NCBI GenBank assembly: GCA_016235455.1
Contig: JACRKZ010000055.1
Coordinates: 1 to 56,618, forward strand
Reading direction: 5' to 3'
Origin: Armatimonadota bacterium
GTDB lineage: Bacteria > Armatimonadota > UBA10988
Length of the DNA stretch: 56,618 nt
The translations under genes were made by a program, and so were the position numbers. A model generated the notes under the pieces. That model saw only the letters and a list, made by a program, of their open reading frames with translations, was not told where the DNA came from and searched no databases. This document shows positions 44,300 to 55,588 of the stretch, one piece after another (positions within the stretch are counted from its first letter, which is position 1; the number at the start of each line of letters is the position of its first letter).

Positions 44300-45742
44300 T
44301 CAGCGCTGTTGGGCCTGGATGAACACCACGCCCCGACCGGGCATAGACAGCGGCAGCCCGACCTGCAGATCGACCTGCGTCGCCGGCCCGGTGGGCAGGG
44401 GGAAGCCGTCGGCGTCGACCGGCCGGTCACCCTCGAAGTAGCGCCATTGCGTTACGGCGGACGGGCCCACGCCGGGCACGCGGACGGTGACGCGGCGCAC
44501 CTCGTCGCTGTTGTTGACGACCATGATCGCGGTCATGTCGCCGTGGACGCCCGCCAAGGTGCGCAGACCGGGCAGGTCGGGCTGCGCGGCGGCCACGATG
44601 GCGCTGCCGCCTGGGAAGAGCCGGCACAGCAGCGACCACGGCGTGAACCACGGGCGGATGGCCTCATCCTCGGGGTGGCCCATGGCGCTGCCTTGGGTGT
44701 TCCAGAAACCCCACACTTTGAGCGTGGTGTCGGTGGGCGGCACGGCATGGCCGTTGGCCGAGTGCAGCGCATCGTCCAGGTCCCAGGCGATGCCGCCGTG
44801 CCAGCCGGCGCGCCCGATCTGCGCGGCGATGTCGGCCATGAACACGCCGTAGGGGAAGGTCTTCACGCGCGGCTGCTGGTCGCCGTTGGTCTTGCCCTCC
44901 ACCAAGCCCACCTCGCCCATGAAGAACGGCTTGCTCGCGGCGGCCGGGTCATTGGCCAGCACGACCCGGTGCTGGTCGGCCAGCAACGCCTCGATGCGGC
45001 CGTCAAGCACTTCCCGGTCGCCCGCGTACCAGTGCATCTCCCAGCCGCCGAACTGCTCGGCCATGGTGGCCGAGGCGCGGTCAATCCAGTCCCAGCCCCA
45101 GGCGTTGTCCGGACCGACGATAGCCAGATCGCGCAGTCCACGGGCGTCGAGTTCACGCCGCAACTGCCGGATGCCTGTCTCCCAGGCCGGTCGATTGACC
45201 TTGCCGCCAGGCCACATCCAGTCGCCGTTGGGCTCGTTCATCAGGTTGTAGTAGCGCACCACCGAGTAGCCGCGCACCTCCCGCAGCCAGCGGCAGCAAT
45301 CGGCGGCGAGCCGGGCCCACAGCGGATGGTCGGGTGTGCCGATGGTCTGCTCGCCCACCCGGCCCGGCGGCGCCCATTCACCCAGCATGACTCTGATGCC
45401 CTTGGCCTGAGCGTAGTCGAGAATGGCCAGCAACCACTTGAGGCGGGCGCGGATGGCGGTCTCGTCGCGGGTCCAGATGTAGTCTGGCTGGCCATCGGCG
45501 CCAACGCCCAGACAGTAGGACCGCGCGCCAAACATGACCCGCACGATGGCCGGCCGCATGAACTCCATGCGCCGTAGCGTCAACGCCCAGGCGTCGTCGC
45601 TGGGCGGGTACTCGTAGGGATCCCACTGCACGCCGTAGCCCAGCATCGACGGCACCACGGTGCGAGCGCGGTCGATGTCGATGACCAGCGGCTCGCCGGC
45701 GGCGAGGCCGGCGGCGCAAGCCAGGTACAGAACGGTGTGCAT
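44300..45742 (-). CDS. Clan GH-A TIM-barrel glycoside hydrolase (GH5/GH30/GH39-like)
   Basis: YYNLMNEPNG (acid/base), IVGPD, MHWY, FFMGEVG (nucleophile), C-terminal beta-sandwich. Confidence 0.7.
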   Translation of the reverse strand: MHTVLYLACAAGLAAGEPLVIDIDRARTVVPSMLGYGVQWDPYEYPPSDDAWALTLRRMEFMRPAIVRVMFGARSYCLGVGADGQPDYIWTRDETAIRARLKWLLAILDYAQAKGIRVMLGEWAPPGRVGEQTIGTPDHPLWARLAADCCRWLREVRGYSVVRYYNLMNEPNGDWMWPGGKVNRPAWETGIRQLRRELDARGLRDLAIVGPDNAWGWDWIDRASATMAEQFGGWEMHWYAGDREVLDGRIEALLADQHRVVLANDPAAASKPFFMGEVGLVEGKTNGDQQPRVKTFPYGVFMADIAAQIGRAGWHGGIAWDLDDALHSANGHAVPPTDTTLKVWGFWNTQGSAMGHPEDEAIRPWFTPWSLLCRLFPGGSAIVAAAQPDLPGLRTLAGVHGDMTAIMVVNNSDEVRRVTVRVPGVGPSAVTQWRYFEGDRPVDADGFPLPTGPATQVDLQVGLPLSMPGRGVVFIQAQQR

Positions 45743-45944
45743 GGCGGGCGGCTCCGGCCCGCAGGATAGCCGGCCGAGCCGCCGGCTGGCAAGGGCCGGA
45801 GCGCCCGAGAGTGCGTTACGCAGTTGTCAGGCAGACGCTTGACAGGGGTCAGTCGGGGCGGTCACACTGCCTTACATCCGCAATGGTAGGGGCCGGCGTC
45901 TGCGCCCCACCGCTCGCGGTGACCACCGCTTCGAGGAGTGCTCG

Positions 45945-48900
45945 ATGGCCAGCCCCATCGTCTCTGGTGCCGAACTGCCCGTAGGCGAAGATCGCTATCG
46001 CGTCATCGTCGAGACGACGCACGAAGGCATCTGGCTGGTGGACGGCGCGTGGCGCACGAGCTTTGTCAACGCGGCCATGGCGGCCATGCTTGGCTACGAG
46101 CCAGCGGAGATGATCGGGCACCTGCCCACGGACTACGTCGACGACGATGTGCGCGACGAGTTGCGCGCGCTGGCCGCGCGCCGCGAGCAAGGCGTCACCG
46201 AGACCCACGAGTTCCGCTTCCGCCGCCGCGACGGGCGGCCGCTCTGGACGCTGGTCTGCACCTCGCCCATCAGCGCCGCCGACGGCAGCTTCGCCGGCGC
46301 GCTGGCCATGGTCACCGACATCACCGAACGCCAGAAGGCCGAGACCCAGCGCCGCTTGCTGCAGCATTCGCTCGACCACGCCGCGCATTCGGTGGTGTGG
46401 ATGCGGCCCGATGGCAGCTACGCCTACGTCAACGAGGCCGCGGCAAGTCTGCTGGACTACACGCGCGAGGAGTTGCTGAGCCTGCGGGTGTACGACGTCA
46501 ACCCGATCATGACGCCGGAGCGATTCGCCGCCCTGTGGGAGCGGCTCCGGGCCGAGCGCGCGCTGACTTACGACGTGGACCTGGTGCGCCGCGATGGCAC
46601 GCCGGTGCCGCTGGAGGCCACGCTCAGCTACCTGGCCTTCGAGGGCGAGGAGTACGCCCTCGGCTTCTCGGTGGAGATCGGCGAGCGCCGGCGCAACGAA
46701 GCCGTGATGGCCGCGCGCCTGCGCCTGCTGGCCTTGGCCGAGACGCACTGCCTGGCCGATCTGTTGCGCGCCACGCTGGACGAGGCCGAGGCCCTGACGG
46801 GCAGCCAGATCGGCTTCTATCACTTCGTCGACGACGACCAGCTCCAACTCAGCCTGCAGCAGTGGTCGACCAACACGGTGGCGCACATGTGCACGGCGGA
46901 GGGCGCCGGCAGCCACTATCCCGTCAGCGAGGCCGGCGTGTGGGCCGACTGCCTGCGGGAGCGGCAACCGGTCATCCACAACGACTATGCCGCGCTGGAG
47001 CACCGACGCGGCCTGCCCGACGGTCACGCGGCCGTGGTGCGCGAGTTGGTCGTACCGGTGCTACGCGGCGAGCGCGTCGCGGCCATTCTGGGCGTCGGCA
47101 ACAAGCCGACCGACTACACGCAGACCGACGTGCTGGCCGTGAGCGCACTGGCCGATCTGGCCTGGACCATCGCCGAGCACAAGCGCGCCGAGGAGGCGTT
47201 GGCGGCCAGCGCGGCACTCCTGGACGCCACGCAGAGCATCAGCCTGGTGGGCGGCTGGGAATGGGACATCGCTGCGCAGCGCATGCTCTGGACAGATGAG
47301 ACCTACCGCCTGCACGGCCTGACACCGGGTTGGCCGGCGGTCGGCTCGACCGAGCACGTTGAGGTGAGCGCCGCCTGCTACCCCGGCGCGGCGCGCGAAG
47401 CCGTGCTGCAGGCATTCCAGCGTTGCGCCGAGCACGGCGAACCCTACGACCTCGAGCTACCGTTCGTCAACACCACCGGGCGCGCCATGTGGGTGCGCAC
47501 CACTGGCCAGCCAGTGTGGGCTGACGGGCGGGTCGTCAAGCTGGTCGGCAATCTGGTCGACATCACCGCGCAGAAGGCGGCAGAAGCCGAGCTGCAGCTC
47601 AAGTCCAACGTGCTGGACCAGATCCAGGACCATGTGCTGGTGACCGACCTGACCGGCCGCATCACCTACGCCAACGACACTCAGTGCCAGTCCCTCGGCA
47701 GGGATCGCTCCCAGCTCATCGGTCACCCCGTGCATGTGCTCGGCGAAGATCCGGAGCAGGGCGCAACGCAGGATCACATCATTGCCGAGACACTGGCCCA
47801 CGGCGCCTGGCGGGGCGAGGTGGTGAACCGTGCCGCCGACGGCGCCGAGCACATTGTCTACTGCCGCACCCAGGTTGTTCGGGATTCCGACGGCGAGGTC
47901 GTGGCTTTGAGCGGTGTCGGCACCGACATCACCGAGCGCAAGCGCATCGAGGACGCCTTGCGCGCCAGCGAGGCTTTCGGCCGCGACGTGCTCGACTCGC
48001 TGACAGCGCACATCGCGGTGCTCGATGGCGATGGCACCGTGGTGGCGGTGAACGACGCCTGGCGCCGGTTCGCCGAAGCGAACGGCTGCCGCGCCAAGAA
48101 CGTGGCGATCGGCGCCAACTACCTGGCCGTCTGCCGGCGCGCGGCCGACGCCCATTCGGACCGGGCGCAGGAGGCGCTCGACGCGCTGCAGGCGGTGTTG
48201 TCCGGGCAGGCGCCTTCGGCGTCAGTCGAGTACTCGTGCCATTCGCCTCAGGAGCAGCGCTGGTTCTGCATGCACATCTGGCCGCTGAGCGGCGCTCGCG
48301 CGGGTGTGGTGGTGGCCCACGAGAACATCACGCAACAGCGCCTGGCAGGCCAGGCACTGGCCCATAGCGAGGCACTGCACCGAGACCTGCTGGCCGGTTT
48401 GCCCGACCTTGTGATCCGCTTCGATCGCGACGGCCGCCACCTGTTCGCCTCGCCCAACATCGCCGAGGTGTTCGGGCAGCCCGCCGAGTGGTTCCTGGGC
48501 CACACGCACAGCGACCTGCGGATGGACCCGGCACTCAGCGATTTCTGGGCCCGGTCGCTGGCCGAGGTCGTGGCCACCGGGCAACCCAGCGAAGCTGAAC
48601 TGAGCATGGCCACGCCGCATGGTCCGGCCGTCCACAATCTGCGGCTCGTTCCCGAACGCGATGCCGACGGCGAGGTGGAGTCGGTGCTGGCCATCTGTCG
48701 CGACATCACCGAGCATCGCCGTATCGAGGAGAACTACCGCACACTGTTCCGCGAGATGCTCGACGGGTTCGCGCTCCATGAGATCGTCTGTGACGAGCAG
48801 GGGCGGCCCTGTGACTACCGCTTCATCACCGTCAACCCGGCCTTCGAGCGGCTCACCGGCCTGCACGCCGAGCAGTTGGTCGGCCGTACTGTGCTGGAGG

Positions 48901-51419
48901 TGATGCCGGGCACCGAGCAGCACTGGATCGACACCTACGGCCGCGTGGCACTGACCGGTGAGCCGGCGTTCTTCGAGAACTACTCGGCCGAGCTCGCCAA
49001 GCACTTCGAAGTGACGGCCTACCGGCCCGCGCCGGGCCAGTTCGCCTGCATCTTCGTCGATGTCACCGAGCGCCGCCGTGCCGAGGATGCCCTGCGCGAG
49101 AGCCAGGCCATGCTCAACCTGGTGCTCGACACCGTGCCGCAGTCGGTCTTCTGGAAGGACCCCGTCGGACGCTATCTGGGCTGCAACCAGGTCTTCGCCC
49201 GGGCCGCCGGATTCGCCTCGCCGGCCGAGGTGGTCGGCCGGACAGACGACGACATGCCCTGGCCGCCGCACGAGGCCGAGGCCTACCGAGCCGACGACCT
49301 GGAGGTGCTGCGCACCGGCCGCGCCAAGATGCACATCGTCGAGCCGCTGCAACAGGCTGACGGCGCCCGGCTCTGGATTGACACTTCCAAGGTGCCACTG
49401 CTCGATGATCAGGGCGTTCCGTTCGCGGTGCTGGGAGTCTATCAGGACATCACCGAGCGCAGGCAGGCCGAGGAGGCAGTGCGTCGGAGCACCATCGTCC
49501 TCGAACGGACCTTCGAGCAGTCGCCCGTGGCGATGGTGCTGGTCAGCCTGCCCGACGCCGTGCTGCGTATCATCAACCCGGCTTGCCTCCGCCTCCTGGG
49601 CGTCGAAGACGAGCCCTCCGCAGTCGGGACCCGCCTCCTGGACATACAGCCCTCCTGGCGCGACTTCACCGCCGACGGCCATGAGCAGCGCTTGGACCAA
49701 CTACCGCTGGCGCGGAGTCTGCGTGGCGAGACGACCACTGGCGAGGAGCGGTACATCATCCGCAAGGACGGCAGCATCGCCCACGAGCTGGTCAGTGCGA
49801 CGCCGATTCTCGACGCCAACGGCGAGCCCATCGCGGCGCTGCTGATCATGATGGACATCACCGCGCAGAAGCAGGCCGATGCCGCGCTGCGTGTCAGCGA
49901 GGCCCGCTTCCGCGACCTGCTGCAGCACGTGCCTTCGGTGGCCGTCCAGGGCTATGCGCCGGACGGCACCACGCAGTACTGGAACAAGGCCTCCGAGGCG
50001 CTGTATGGCTACACCGCCGAGGAGGCCATTGGCGCCAACCTGCTCGACCTGATCATCCCACCCGAGATGCGCGACGATGTGCGCGGCGCCATCGATTACA
50101 TGGCCGAGACAGGCGAGGCCATCCCCTCGGCCGAGCTGACGCTGATGCGCCGTGATGGATCACGGGTGGCGGTCTACTCGAGCCATGTCATCGTGCGCGT
50201 GCCGGGCCGCGAGCAGGAGCTGTTCTGTATCGATGTCGACCTGACCGAACGCAACCGCGCCGAGGAGGCGCGCGCCACGCTCGAGGCCCAGCTCGGGCAG
50301 GCGCAGAAGATGGAGTCGGTGGGCCGGCTGGCCGGCGGCGTCGCCCACGACTTCAACAACATGCTCGGCGTGATCCTTGGCCACACCGAGATGGCGCTGG
50401 ACCAGGTGCCCGAGGGCGAATTGCTGCACGAGGACCTGGAGGAGGTCCAGAAAGCGGCGCAACGCTCGGCCGATCTGGCCCGGCAGCTTCTGGCCTTCGC
50501 GCGCAAGCAGACCATTGCGCCCACAGTGCTCGACCTCAACGAGACCGTGGGTGGCCTGCACAACATGCTGCAGCGCATGGTGGGCGAGAACCTGTGCCTC
50601 ACCTGGCAGCCAGCGGCGGCCTTGTGGCCGGTGAAGATGGATGCCTCGCAGCTCAACCAGATGCTCACCAATCTGTGCGTCAACGCCCGCGACGCCGTGA
50701 ACGATGTGGGTGAGATCACCATCGAGACGGCCAATGAGGTGGTCGGCGAGGCCGACGGGCCCGTGCCCCCGGGCGAGTGGGTCAAGCTGACCGTGCGCGA
50801 TGACGGCTGCGGCATGGACGCCGAGACGCTGAGCCACATCTTCGAGCCGTTCTTCACCACCAAGGCGGTGGGCGTGGGCAGCGGCCTGGGTCTGGCAACC
50901 GTCTACGGCGCGGTGCGGCAGAATGGCGGCCACATCACCGTGACCAGCCAGCCCGGCCGTGGCACCATCTTCGCCATCTACCTGCCGCGCCACCGGGGGC
51001 CGGCCGAGCTGGTCGAGGCCGATCCCGACGCTGAGCCGACGCCCAGCGGCCAGGAGACCATCCTGCTGGTCGAGGACGAGCCGGCCATCCTGCGCATGAC
51101 CGCGCGCATCCTGCGCGGCAAGGGCTATACCGTGCTGCCCGCGGCCACCCCGGGCGAGGCCATGGCGCTGGCGCGTTCGCACCCAGGCCGGCTGCACCTG
51201 CTGCTCACCGACGTGGTCATGCCCGAGATGAACGGCCGCGAACTCGCACGCCAGGTGCAGCTGCTCCATCCCGGCGTACGGCGCGTGTTCATGTCGGGCT
51301 ATACCGCCGACACCATCGCTCACCACGGCGTGCTGGAGGAAGGCGTGCACTTCATCCAGAAGCCGTTCGCCGCCAAGACGCTGCTGACCAAGGTGGCCGA
51401 GGCCTTGGCGGCGGAATAG
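45945..51419 (+). CDS. Cytoplasmic hybrid sensor histidine kinase (10 PAS + GAF + HisKA + HATPase + REC)
   Basis: Ten PAS/PAC ends (DITE-like), [72 protein letters not shown]. Confidence 0.95.
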   Translation: MASPIVSGAELPVGEDRYRVIVETTHEGIWLVDGAWRTSFVNAAMAAMLGYEPAEMIGHLPTDYVDDDVRDELRALAARREQGVTETHEFRFRRRDGRPLWTLVCTSPISAADGSFAGALAMVTDITERQKAETQRRLLQHSLDHAAHSVVWMRPDGSYAYVNEAAASLLDYTREELLSLRVYDVNPIMTPERFAALWERLRAERALTYDVDLVRRDGTPVPLEATLSYLAFEGEEYALGFSVEIGERRRNEAVMAARLRLLALAETHCLADLLRATLDEAEALTGSQIGFYHFVDDDQLQLSLQQWSTNTVAHMCTAEGAGSHYPVSEAGVWADCLRERQPVIHNDYAALEHRRGLPDGHAAVVRELVVPVLRGERVAAILGVGNKPTDYTQTDVLAVSALADLAWTIAEHKRAEEALAASAALLDATQSISLVGGWEWDIAAQRMLWTDETYRLHGLTPGWPAVGSTEHVEVSAACYPGAAREAVLQAFQRCAEHGEPYDLELPFVNTTGRAMWVRTTGQPVWADGRVVKLVGNLVDITAQKAAEAELQLKSNVLDQIQDHVLVTDLTGRITYANDTQCQSLGRDRSQLIGHPVHVLGEDPEQGATQDHIIAETLAHGAWRGEVVNRAADGAEHIVYCRTQVVRDSDGEVVALSGVGTDITERKRIEDALRASEAFGRDVLDSLTAHIAVLDGDGTVVAVNDAWRRFAEANGCRAKNVAIGANYLAVCRRAADAHSDRAQEALDALQAVLSGQAPSASVEYSCHSPQEQRWFCMHIWPLSGARAGVVVAHENITQQRLAGQALAHSEALHRDLLAGLPDLVIRFDRDGRHLFASPNIAEVFGQPAEWFLGHTHSDLRMDPALSDFWARSLAEVVATGQPSEAELSMATPHGPAVHNLRLVPERDADGEVESVLAICRDITEHRRIEENYRTLFREMLDGFALHEIVCDEQGRPCDYRFITVNPAFERLTGLHAEQLVGRTVLEVMPGTEQHWIDTYGRVALTGEPAFFENYSAELAKHFEVTAYRPAPGQFACIFVDVTERRRAEDALRESQAMLNLVLDTVPQSVFWKDPVGRYLGCNQVFARAAGFASPAEVVGRTDDDMPWPPHEAEAYRADDLEVLRTGRAKMHIVEPLQQADGARLWIDTSKVPLLDDQGVPFAVLGVYQDITERRQAEEAVRRSTIVLERTFEQSPVAMVLVSLPDAVLRIINPACLRLLGVEDEPSAVGTRLLDIQPSWRDFTADGHEQRLDQLPLARSLRGETTTGEERYIIRKDGSIAHELVSATPILDANGEPIAALLIMMDITAQKQADAALRVSEARFRDLLQHVPSVAVQGYAPDGTTQYWNKASEALYGYTAEEAIGANLLDLIIPPEMRDDVRGAIDYMAETGEAIPSAELTLMRRDGSRVAVYSSHVIVRVPGREQELFCIDVDLTERNRAEEARATLEAQLGQAQKMESVGRLAGGVAHDFNNMLGVILGHTEMALDQVPEGELLHEDLEEVQKAAQRSADLARQLLAFARKQTIAPTVLDLNETVGGLHNMLQRMVGENLCLTWQPAAALWPVKMDASQLNQMLTNLCVNARDAVNDVGEITIETANEVVGEADGPVPPGEWVKLTVRDDGCGMDAETLSHIFEPFFTTKAVGVGSGLGLATVYGAVRQNGGHITVTSQPGRGTIFAIYLPRHRGPAELVEADPDAEPTPSGQETILLVEDEPAILRMTARILRGKGYTVLPAATPGEAMALARSHPGRLHLLLTDVVMPEMNGRELARQVQLLHPGVRRVFMSGYTADTIAHHGVLEEGVHFIQKPFAAKTLLTKVAEALAAE

Positions 51420-51437
51420 CCGGACCCGCCAGCCGGC

Positions 51438-52232
51438 TCAGTTCGGGTTGGCGCCGACGGTGAACTGCCACATGTAGCCCGCGGAGTTGCGCTTGGCCAG
51501 ATCCTGCAGCCGCGTCACCTTGGCGTGGCCGTCGCAGTAGACAGCGATGGCCGTGTCGTTCGACCCGTGCCGGCCGAACACCTTGCCCTCCACGCGCGGG
51601 CCCCAGCCACCGTAGTTGCCGATGGTGGGCGGCACGGCGACCATATCCAGCGTGTCGGTGGCCTGGTTGGGCCAAGCCGCCTGGAAGCTGCAATTGGTGT
51701 CTATCACCCAGATGGTCTGTGCCGGAGCCGTCAACGCCGACATGGCCATCGGGCCACCGTCGTTGACGGCGATGGCCGGTCCTTTGTTGGACGAGTTGCC
51801 GTCCGCCCAGTAGGCGTTGTTGATGCCGTAGCTGCCCCAGTACCGATCATCGGCCGCGGCCAACTGGCTGGCCGGGACATACAGGCCGCTGCAGCCGTTG
51901 ACCCCGCTGTCGTCGGGACAATGGAAGACCTGGGCGCTCTTCACATACGGTTGGATCTCGTCCATCCACTTGTAGCTGCCGACGGCCATGCTCGATCCGC
52001 CAGGGCTGCCGACCCAGATGAGCACCATCTTCTCGTCATAGTCCTGGGCGTACTGAAGCAGTCCCAGGCCGATCTGCTTGAGGTTGCTCGAACAACTGGA
52101 CATGCGCGCCTTCTCGCGCGCCTTGGCAAAGACGGGGAACAAGATGGCCGCCAGAATGGCGATGATCGCAATGACGACCAACAGTTCGATGAGGGTGAAT
52201 CCAGGGGTACGACGAAGCCTACGCGTGCGCAT
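51438..52232 (-). CDS. Prepilin-type N-terminal cleavage/methylation protein (DUF1559 / H-X9-DG-like family)
   Basis: [69 protein letters not shown]. Confidence 0.92.
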   Translation of the reverse strand: MRTRRLRRTPGFTLIELLVVIAIIAILAAILFPVFAKAREKARMSSCSSNLKQIGLGLLQYAQDYDEKMVLIWVGSPGGSSMAVGSYKWMDEIQPYVKSAQVFHCPDDSGVNGCSGLYVPASQLAAADDRYWGSYGINNAYWADGNSSNKGPAIAVNDGGPMAMSALTAPAQTIWVIDTNCSFQAAWPNQATDTLDMVAVPPTIGNYGGWGPRVEGKVFGRHGSNDTAIAVYCDGHAKVTRLQDLAKRNSAGYMWQFTVGANPN

Positions 52233-52345
52233 ACTGCTCCTCCGTTGGGCATGATGCCCCGGACCAGTATGCCACGCCGCCGCAGCGCAGCGCTAGTCGC
52301 CAGCGCCTGCTTTCCTGCCTGTTGCCTCTGCCTGCAGGGAGGAGT

Positions 52346-53203
52346 CTAGCCCGTCAGACCCGCGCGGATCTCCTCCAGCAGCGCCTTGGCCGCGAGGATG
52401 TCGGCGGTCTGCTTGGGTCCGCTGATCTCGCGCTCGATGGTCAACGGACCACGGTAGCCACGCTCATAGAGCGCGGGAATCAGCTCGCGGATGCGCACGT
52501 CGCCCTCACCCAGCGCCACTTCGTGGCCCAGGCCCTGGCCCGGCTCGGGCGGGAACCCATCCTTGCAGTGCGTGTTGAAGACGAACGGGGCGATCTGGTC
52601 GACCACGTTCATCGGCCGGTCCTTGCCGTACAACAGCAGGTTGGCCGGATCGAGATTGATGCCCACATGCGGATGCCGGTCGATGTCGTTGATGGCGCGC
52701 ACCAGTGTGGCGGCGGTCTCCTGGCCGGTCTCGAAGGCGAAGGTCTGTCCGTTCTCCACAAAGTAGTCCACCAGCGCCCGCATGGTGTCGATGAACGGCT
52801 CGTAGGTCTCGTCGTTGGGGTCTTCGGGGATGAAGCCGACATGGCTGGTGACCGCGTTGATGCCCACCTCGCGCGCCCAGTTGCTGACGCGCACGGCGCG
52901 CACCGTGCGCTCGCCGCGGGTGCGCGTAGGCACCAGGCCGATGGTGCGCGGTCCGCCAAACAGGTCCCAGATGTGTCCGTGGAACATGATGAACACCGCC
53001 GTCACCTGGACACCGGTCTCGTCCATCGCCGCGCGCAGCTTGTCGCGCATGGCGGGCGCCTCGGGCCCGCTCAGGTAGTTGTCCGGCGGGCAGCCGAGTT
53101 GCGCGCTGGGGAAGCCGAGTTCGGCGATCTTGGCGAACTCGTGCAGCGGTTCAGCACCGACACCGGTCATCACACCGAGGGCCAGCGGTTCGAGCGTGGG
53201 CAT
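52346..53203 (-). CDS. Sugar phosphate isomerase/epimerase (xylose isomerase-like TIM barrel)
   Basis: HVGFIPE, AFETGQE, NLDPAN, HCKD, YRGPLTIERE. Confidence 0.88.
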   Translation of the reverse strand: MPTLEPLALGVMTGVGAEPLHEFAKIAELGFPSAQLGCPPDNYLSGPEAPAMRDKLRAAMDETGVQVTAVFIMFHGHIWDLFGGPRTIGLVPTRTRGERTVRAVRVSNWAREVGINAVTSHVGFIPEDPNDETYEPFIDTMRALVDYFVENGQTFAFETGQETAATLVRAINDIDRHPHVGINLDPANLLLYGKDRPMNVVDQIAPFVFNTHCKDGFPPEPGQGLGHEVALGEGDVRIRELIPALYERGYRGPLTIEREISGPKQTADILAAKALLEEIRAGLTG

Positions 53204-53252
53204 GGGTGGTACTCCTGGCGGGCCTAGGGTAGCAGATTCGCGGCGCGACGGC

Positions 53253-54416
53253 TCATAGCGGTTCGGTGCCGGCGCTGAGAATGGCGACGTAGGCGGTGTA
53301 GGCAAAGACGCGGTTGCGGCGGCCGCCGGTGAGCTCACGGGCAATGCCCGCCTCCACCAGACGTTCAACCGCACGGCCCGCGGCCGGGAATGACACCTGG
53401 GCGCGGTTCGCGAGATCGGCCACGTTCGCCACCGGTCTCGCTCTCAACGCCGCGTAGACGCTCGGCAGGCTGGGCAGCGCCCGGCTCGCGGCGTTGACCA
53501 CGTCCTCGTCACGGCGGAACACCGCCAACAGGCTGTGTGCGGTGTCCACCGCGCTGCCGGCTGTCTCCGTGACGCCATCCAAGAAGAAGTCCAGCCACGC
53601 TTCCCAGTCGCCGGCCCGCCTCACGCTGTCCAGAAGCTCGTAGTACCGCGGCCGGTGCTGCTTGAAGTAGAGGCTCAGGTAGAGCAGTGGCTGTGCCAAC
53701 AATCCCTCGTTGGCCAACATGAGCGAGATGAGCAGCCGGCCCACACGGCCATTGCCGTCGAGGAAGGGATGGATGGTCTCGAACTGCACGTGGGCCAGAG
53801 CCGCTTTCACCAGGACTGGCAGCGCCTTCGTCTCGTCATGGATGAACCGCTCCAGGTCGGCCATGCACCTGGCGATCTCGCCAGGTGGAGGCGGCACGAA
53901 CGCCGCATTGCCGGGCCGCGTGCCACCAATCCAGTTCTGGGAGCGCCTGAACTCGCCCGGCTGCTTGTCTGCGCCGCGGCCACGCGCCAGCAGTCTGGCA
54001 TGGACCTCGCACAGCAGCCGTCTCGACAGGGGGAAGCCCTCGCCCATGCGCGTCAGGCCATGGGACAAGGCGTCGACGTAGTTGGACACCTCAACCACGT
54101 CGTCCAGCGGCACGCCGGGCGCCTCGTCGAGTTCGAACAGCAGCAAGTCGGAGAGAGACGACTGCGTGCCCTCGATCTGCGACGAAAGAACCGCCTCCCG
54201 TCGCACGTAGGCGTACAGAAACAGGCTGGGATCCGGCAACAGCCGCGCCAGTCCGTCGAGCCGTCCACACGCCAGTTGGGCCTGCTCCAGCAGACGCAGC
54301 CTGGGGCCTGACAGGTCGACCGGCGGCACCGGCGGCAGGACCGCCGGCACGAACGCCCCGACCTCCTCGCCCACCGTGCTCACGACCACGCGCCGTCCGC
54401 TTGCGCCCCGCTCCAT
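53253..54416 (-). CDS. Fic family protein (class II-type) with C-terminal helix-turn-helix
   Basis: Canonical HPFLDGNGRVGR; N-terminal inhibitory-type SSQIEG; PGEFRRSQNWIG. Confidence 0.93.
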   Translation of the reverse strand: MERGASGRRVVVSTVGEEVGAFVPAVLPPVPPVDLSGPRLRLLEQAQLACGRLDGLARLLPDPSLFLYAYVRREAVLSSQIEGTQSSLSDLLLFELDEAPGVPLDDVVEVSNYVDALSHGLTRMGEGFPLSRRLLCEVHARLLARGRGADKQPGEFRRSQNWIGGTRPGNAAFVPPPPGEIARCMADLERFIHDETKALPVLVKAALAHVQFETIHPFLDGNGRVGRLLISLMLANEGLLAQPLLYLSLYFKQHRPRYYELLDSVRRAGDWEAWLDFFLDGVTETAGSAVDTAHSLLAVFRRDEDVVNAASRALPSLPSVYAALRARPVANVADLANRAQVSFPAAGRAVERLVEAGIARELTGGRRNRVFAYTAYVAILSAGTEPL

Positions 54417-54504
54417 ACCGCCCTCTCCCATTCACGCTGACGTGAATAAGCGCCGATGTTATTATCGCACATGACCATCGACGTGAATAGCGGCGCCAAC
54501 CACG

Positions 54505-55578
54505 TCACCGCACGAAGAAGAACGCCACGGCGATCAGCGCATAGAGCACGAGCAGGATCGAGCCTTCCAGCCAGTTGGACTCGCCATCCTGGGCGATGAA
54601 CGCGGCGATGATGCCGGCCGCCAGCAGCGCCTCCACCTCGTAGTTGTCGAAGGTCAGGTGCAGCGGATGGCCCAGGAACACGCTGACCAGCACCAGCACC
54701 GGCGCCACGAACAGCGCCACCTGCAAGCTGCTGCCCAGGCTGATGGCCATGCTCAACTCCATCTTGTTCTTCAGCGCCATCTGCACCGCCACCGCATGCT
54801 CGGCCACATTGCCCACCAGCGGGATGATGATGATGCCGATGAAGTACTCGCTCCAGCCCAGCGACGCGGTGGTCGCCTCGACGCTGCCGACCAGGATCTC
54901 CGACAACCAGGCGATGCCCAGCGTGGCCAGCAGCAGGAGCGTCACGGAGAAGGACCGGCTCATGGTGGGATCGCCGTGGCCAGCCATCTCGGACGGGTCG
55001 GTACCAGTCTCGCGCGTGAAGTCGTAGACCAGATTGAGCACATAGATGAGCAGCAGCAACAGCGCCGCGCCGACCGACAGCGCCGACGCCGCCTGTCCGC
55101 CGCCATGCTGCTTGGCCACCTCGGCGATGAACAGCGACGGCACGGCCAGCCCGGCGATGGCCAGCAGGCACATCACCGAGTTGGTGCCGGCCACCGCGCG
55201 ATCGAAGGTCTGCGTGCGCCAGCGCAGGCCACCGGCCAGCAGCGACATGCCCAGCACCAGCAGCAGATTGCCCAGAATCGAGCCGGTGATGGAGGCCAGC
55301 ACCAGCTCGGTCAGGCCGGCCCGCAGCGCGAACAGCGTGATGATCAACTCGGCCGCGTTGCCCAGCGTGGCGTTGAGCAGGCCACCCGCGCGCGGACCCA
55401 CATAGAGCGCCAACTCCTCCGTGGCCACGCCCATGATGCCGGCCAGCGGCACCACGCCCAGCGCCGACAGCGAGAACACCACGGCCGCCGGCCAATGCAG
55501 GAACTTGCCGGCCACCGCCAGCGGGAAGAGCACCAGCAAGAGGTCGAGCCGCTTGGTCTGATAGGATCCGATCTTCAA
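54505..55578 (-). CDS. cax: Ca2+/H+ antiporter (CAX family)
   Basis: GLLNATLGNAAELI, GSILGNLLLVLG, PLVGNVAEH, GSSLQVALF, DGESNWLEG. Confidence 0.93.
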   Translation of the reverse strand: MKIGSYQTKRLDLLLVLFPLAVAGKFLHWPAAVVFSLSALGVVPLAGIMGVATEELALYVGPRAGGLLNATLGNAAELIITLFALRAGLTELVLASITGSILGNLLLVLGMSLLAGGLRWRTQTFDRAVAGTNSVMCLLAIAGLAVPSLFIAEVAKQHGGGQAASALSVGAALLLLLIYVLNLVYDFTRETGTDPSEMAGHGDPTMSRSFSVTLLLLATLGIAWLSEILVGSVEATTASLGWSEYFIGIIIIPLVGNVAEHAVAVQMALKNKMELSMAISLGSSLQVALFVAPVLVLVSVFLGHPLHLTFDNYEVEALLAAGIIAAFIAQDGESNWLEGSILLVLYALIAVAFFFVR

Positions 55579-55588
55579 GAACTCACTC

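Noticed and set aside
42629-45577. 982-aa plus-strand ORF (and similar long ORFs 5262..7292, 32139..34178, 30339..32054, 18777..20288)
   Set aside because: Antisense shadows of well-supported genes, expected in high-GC DNA; no motifs and implausible composition
53253-54500. fic as part of a mobile element
   Set aside because: No transposase, integrase, terminal repeats or target-site duplication seen
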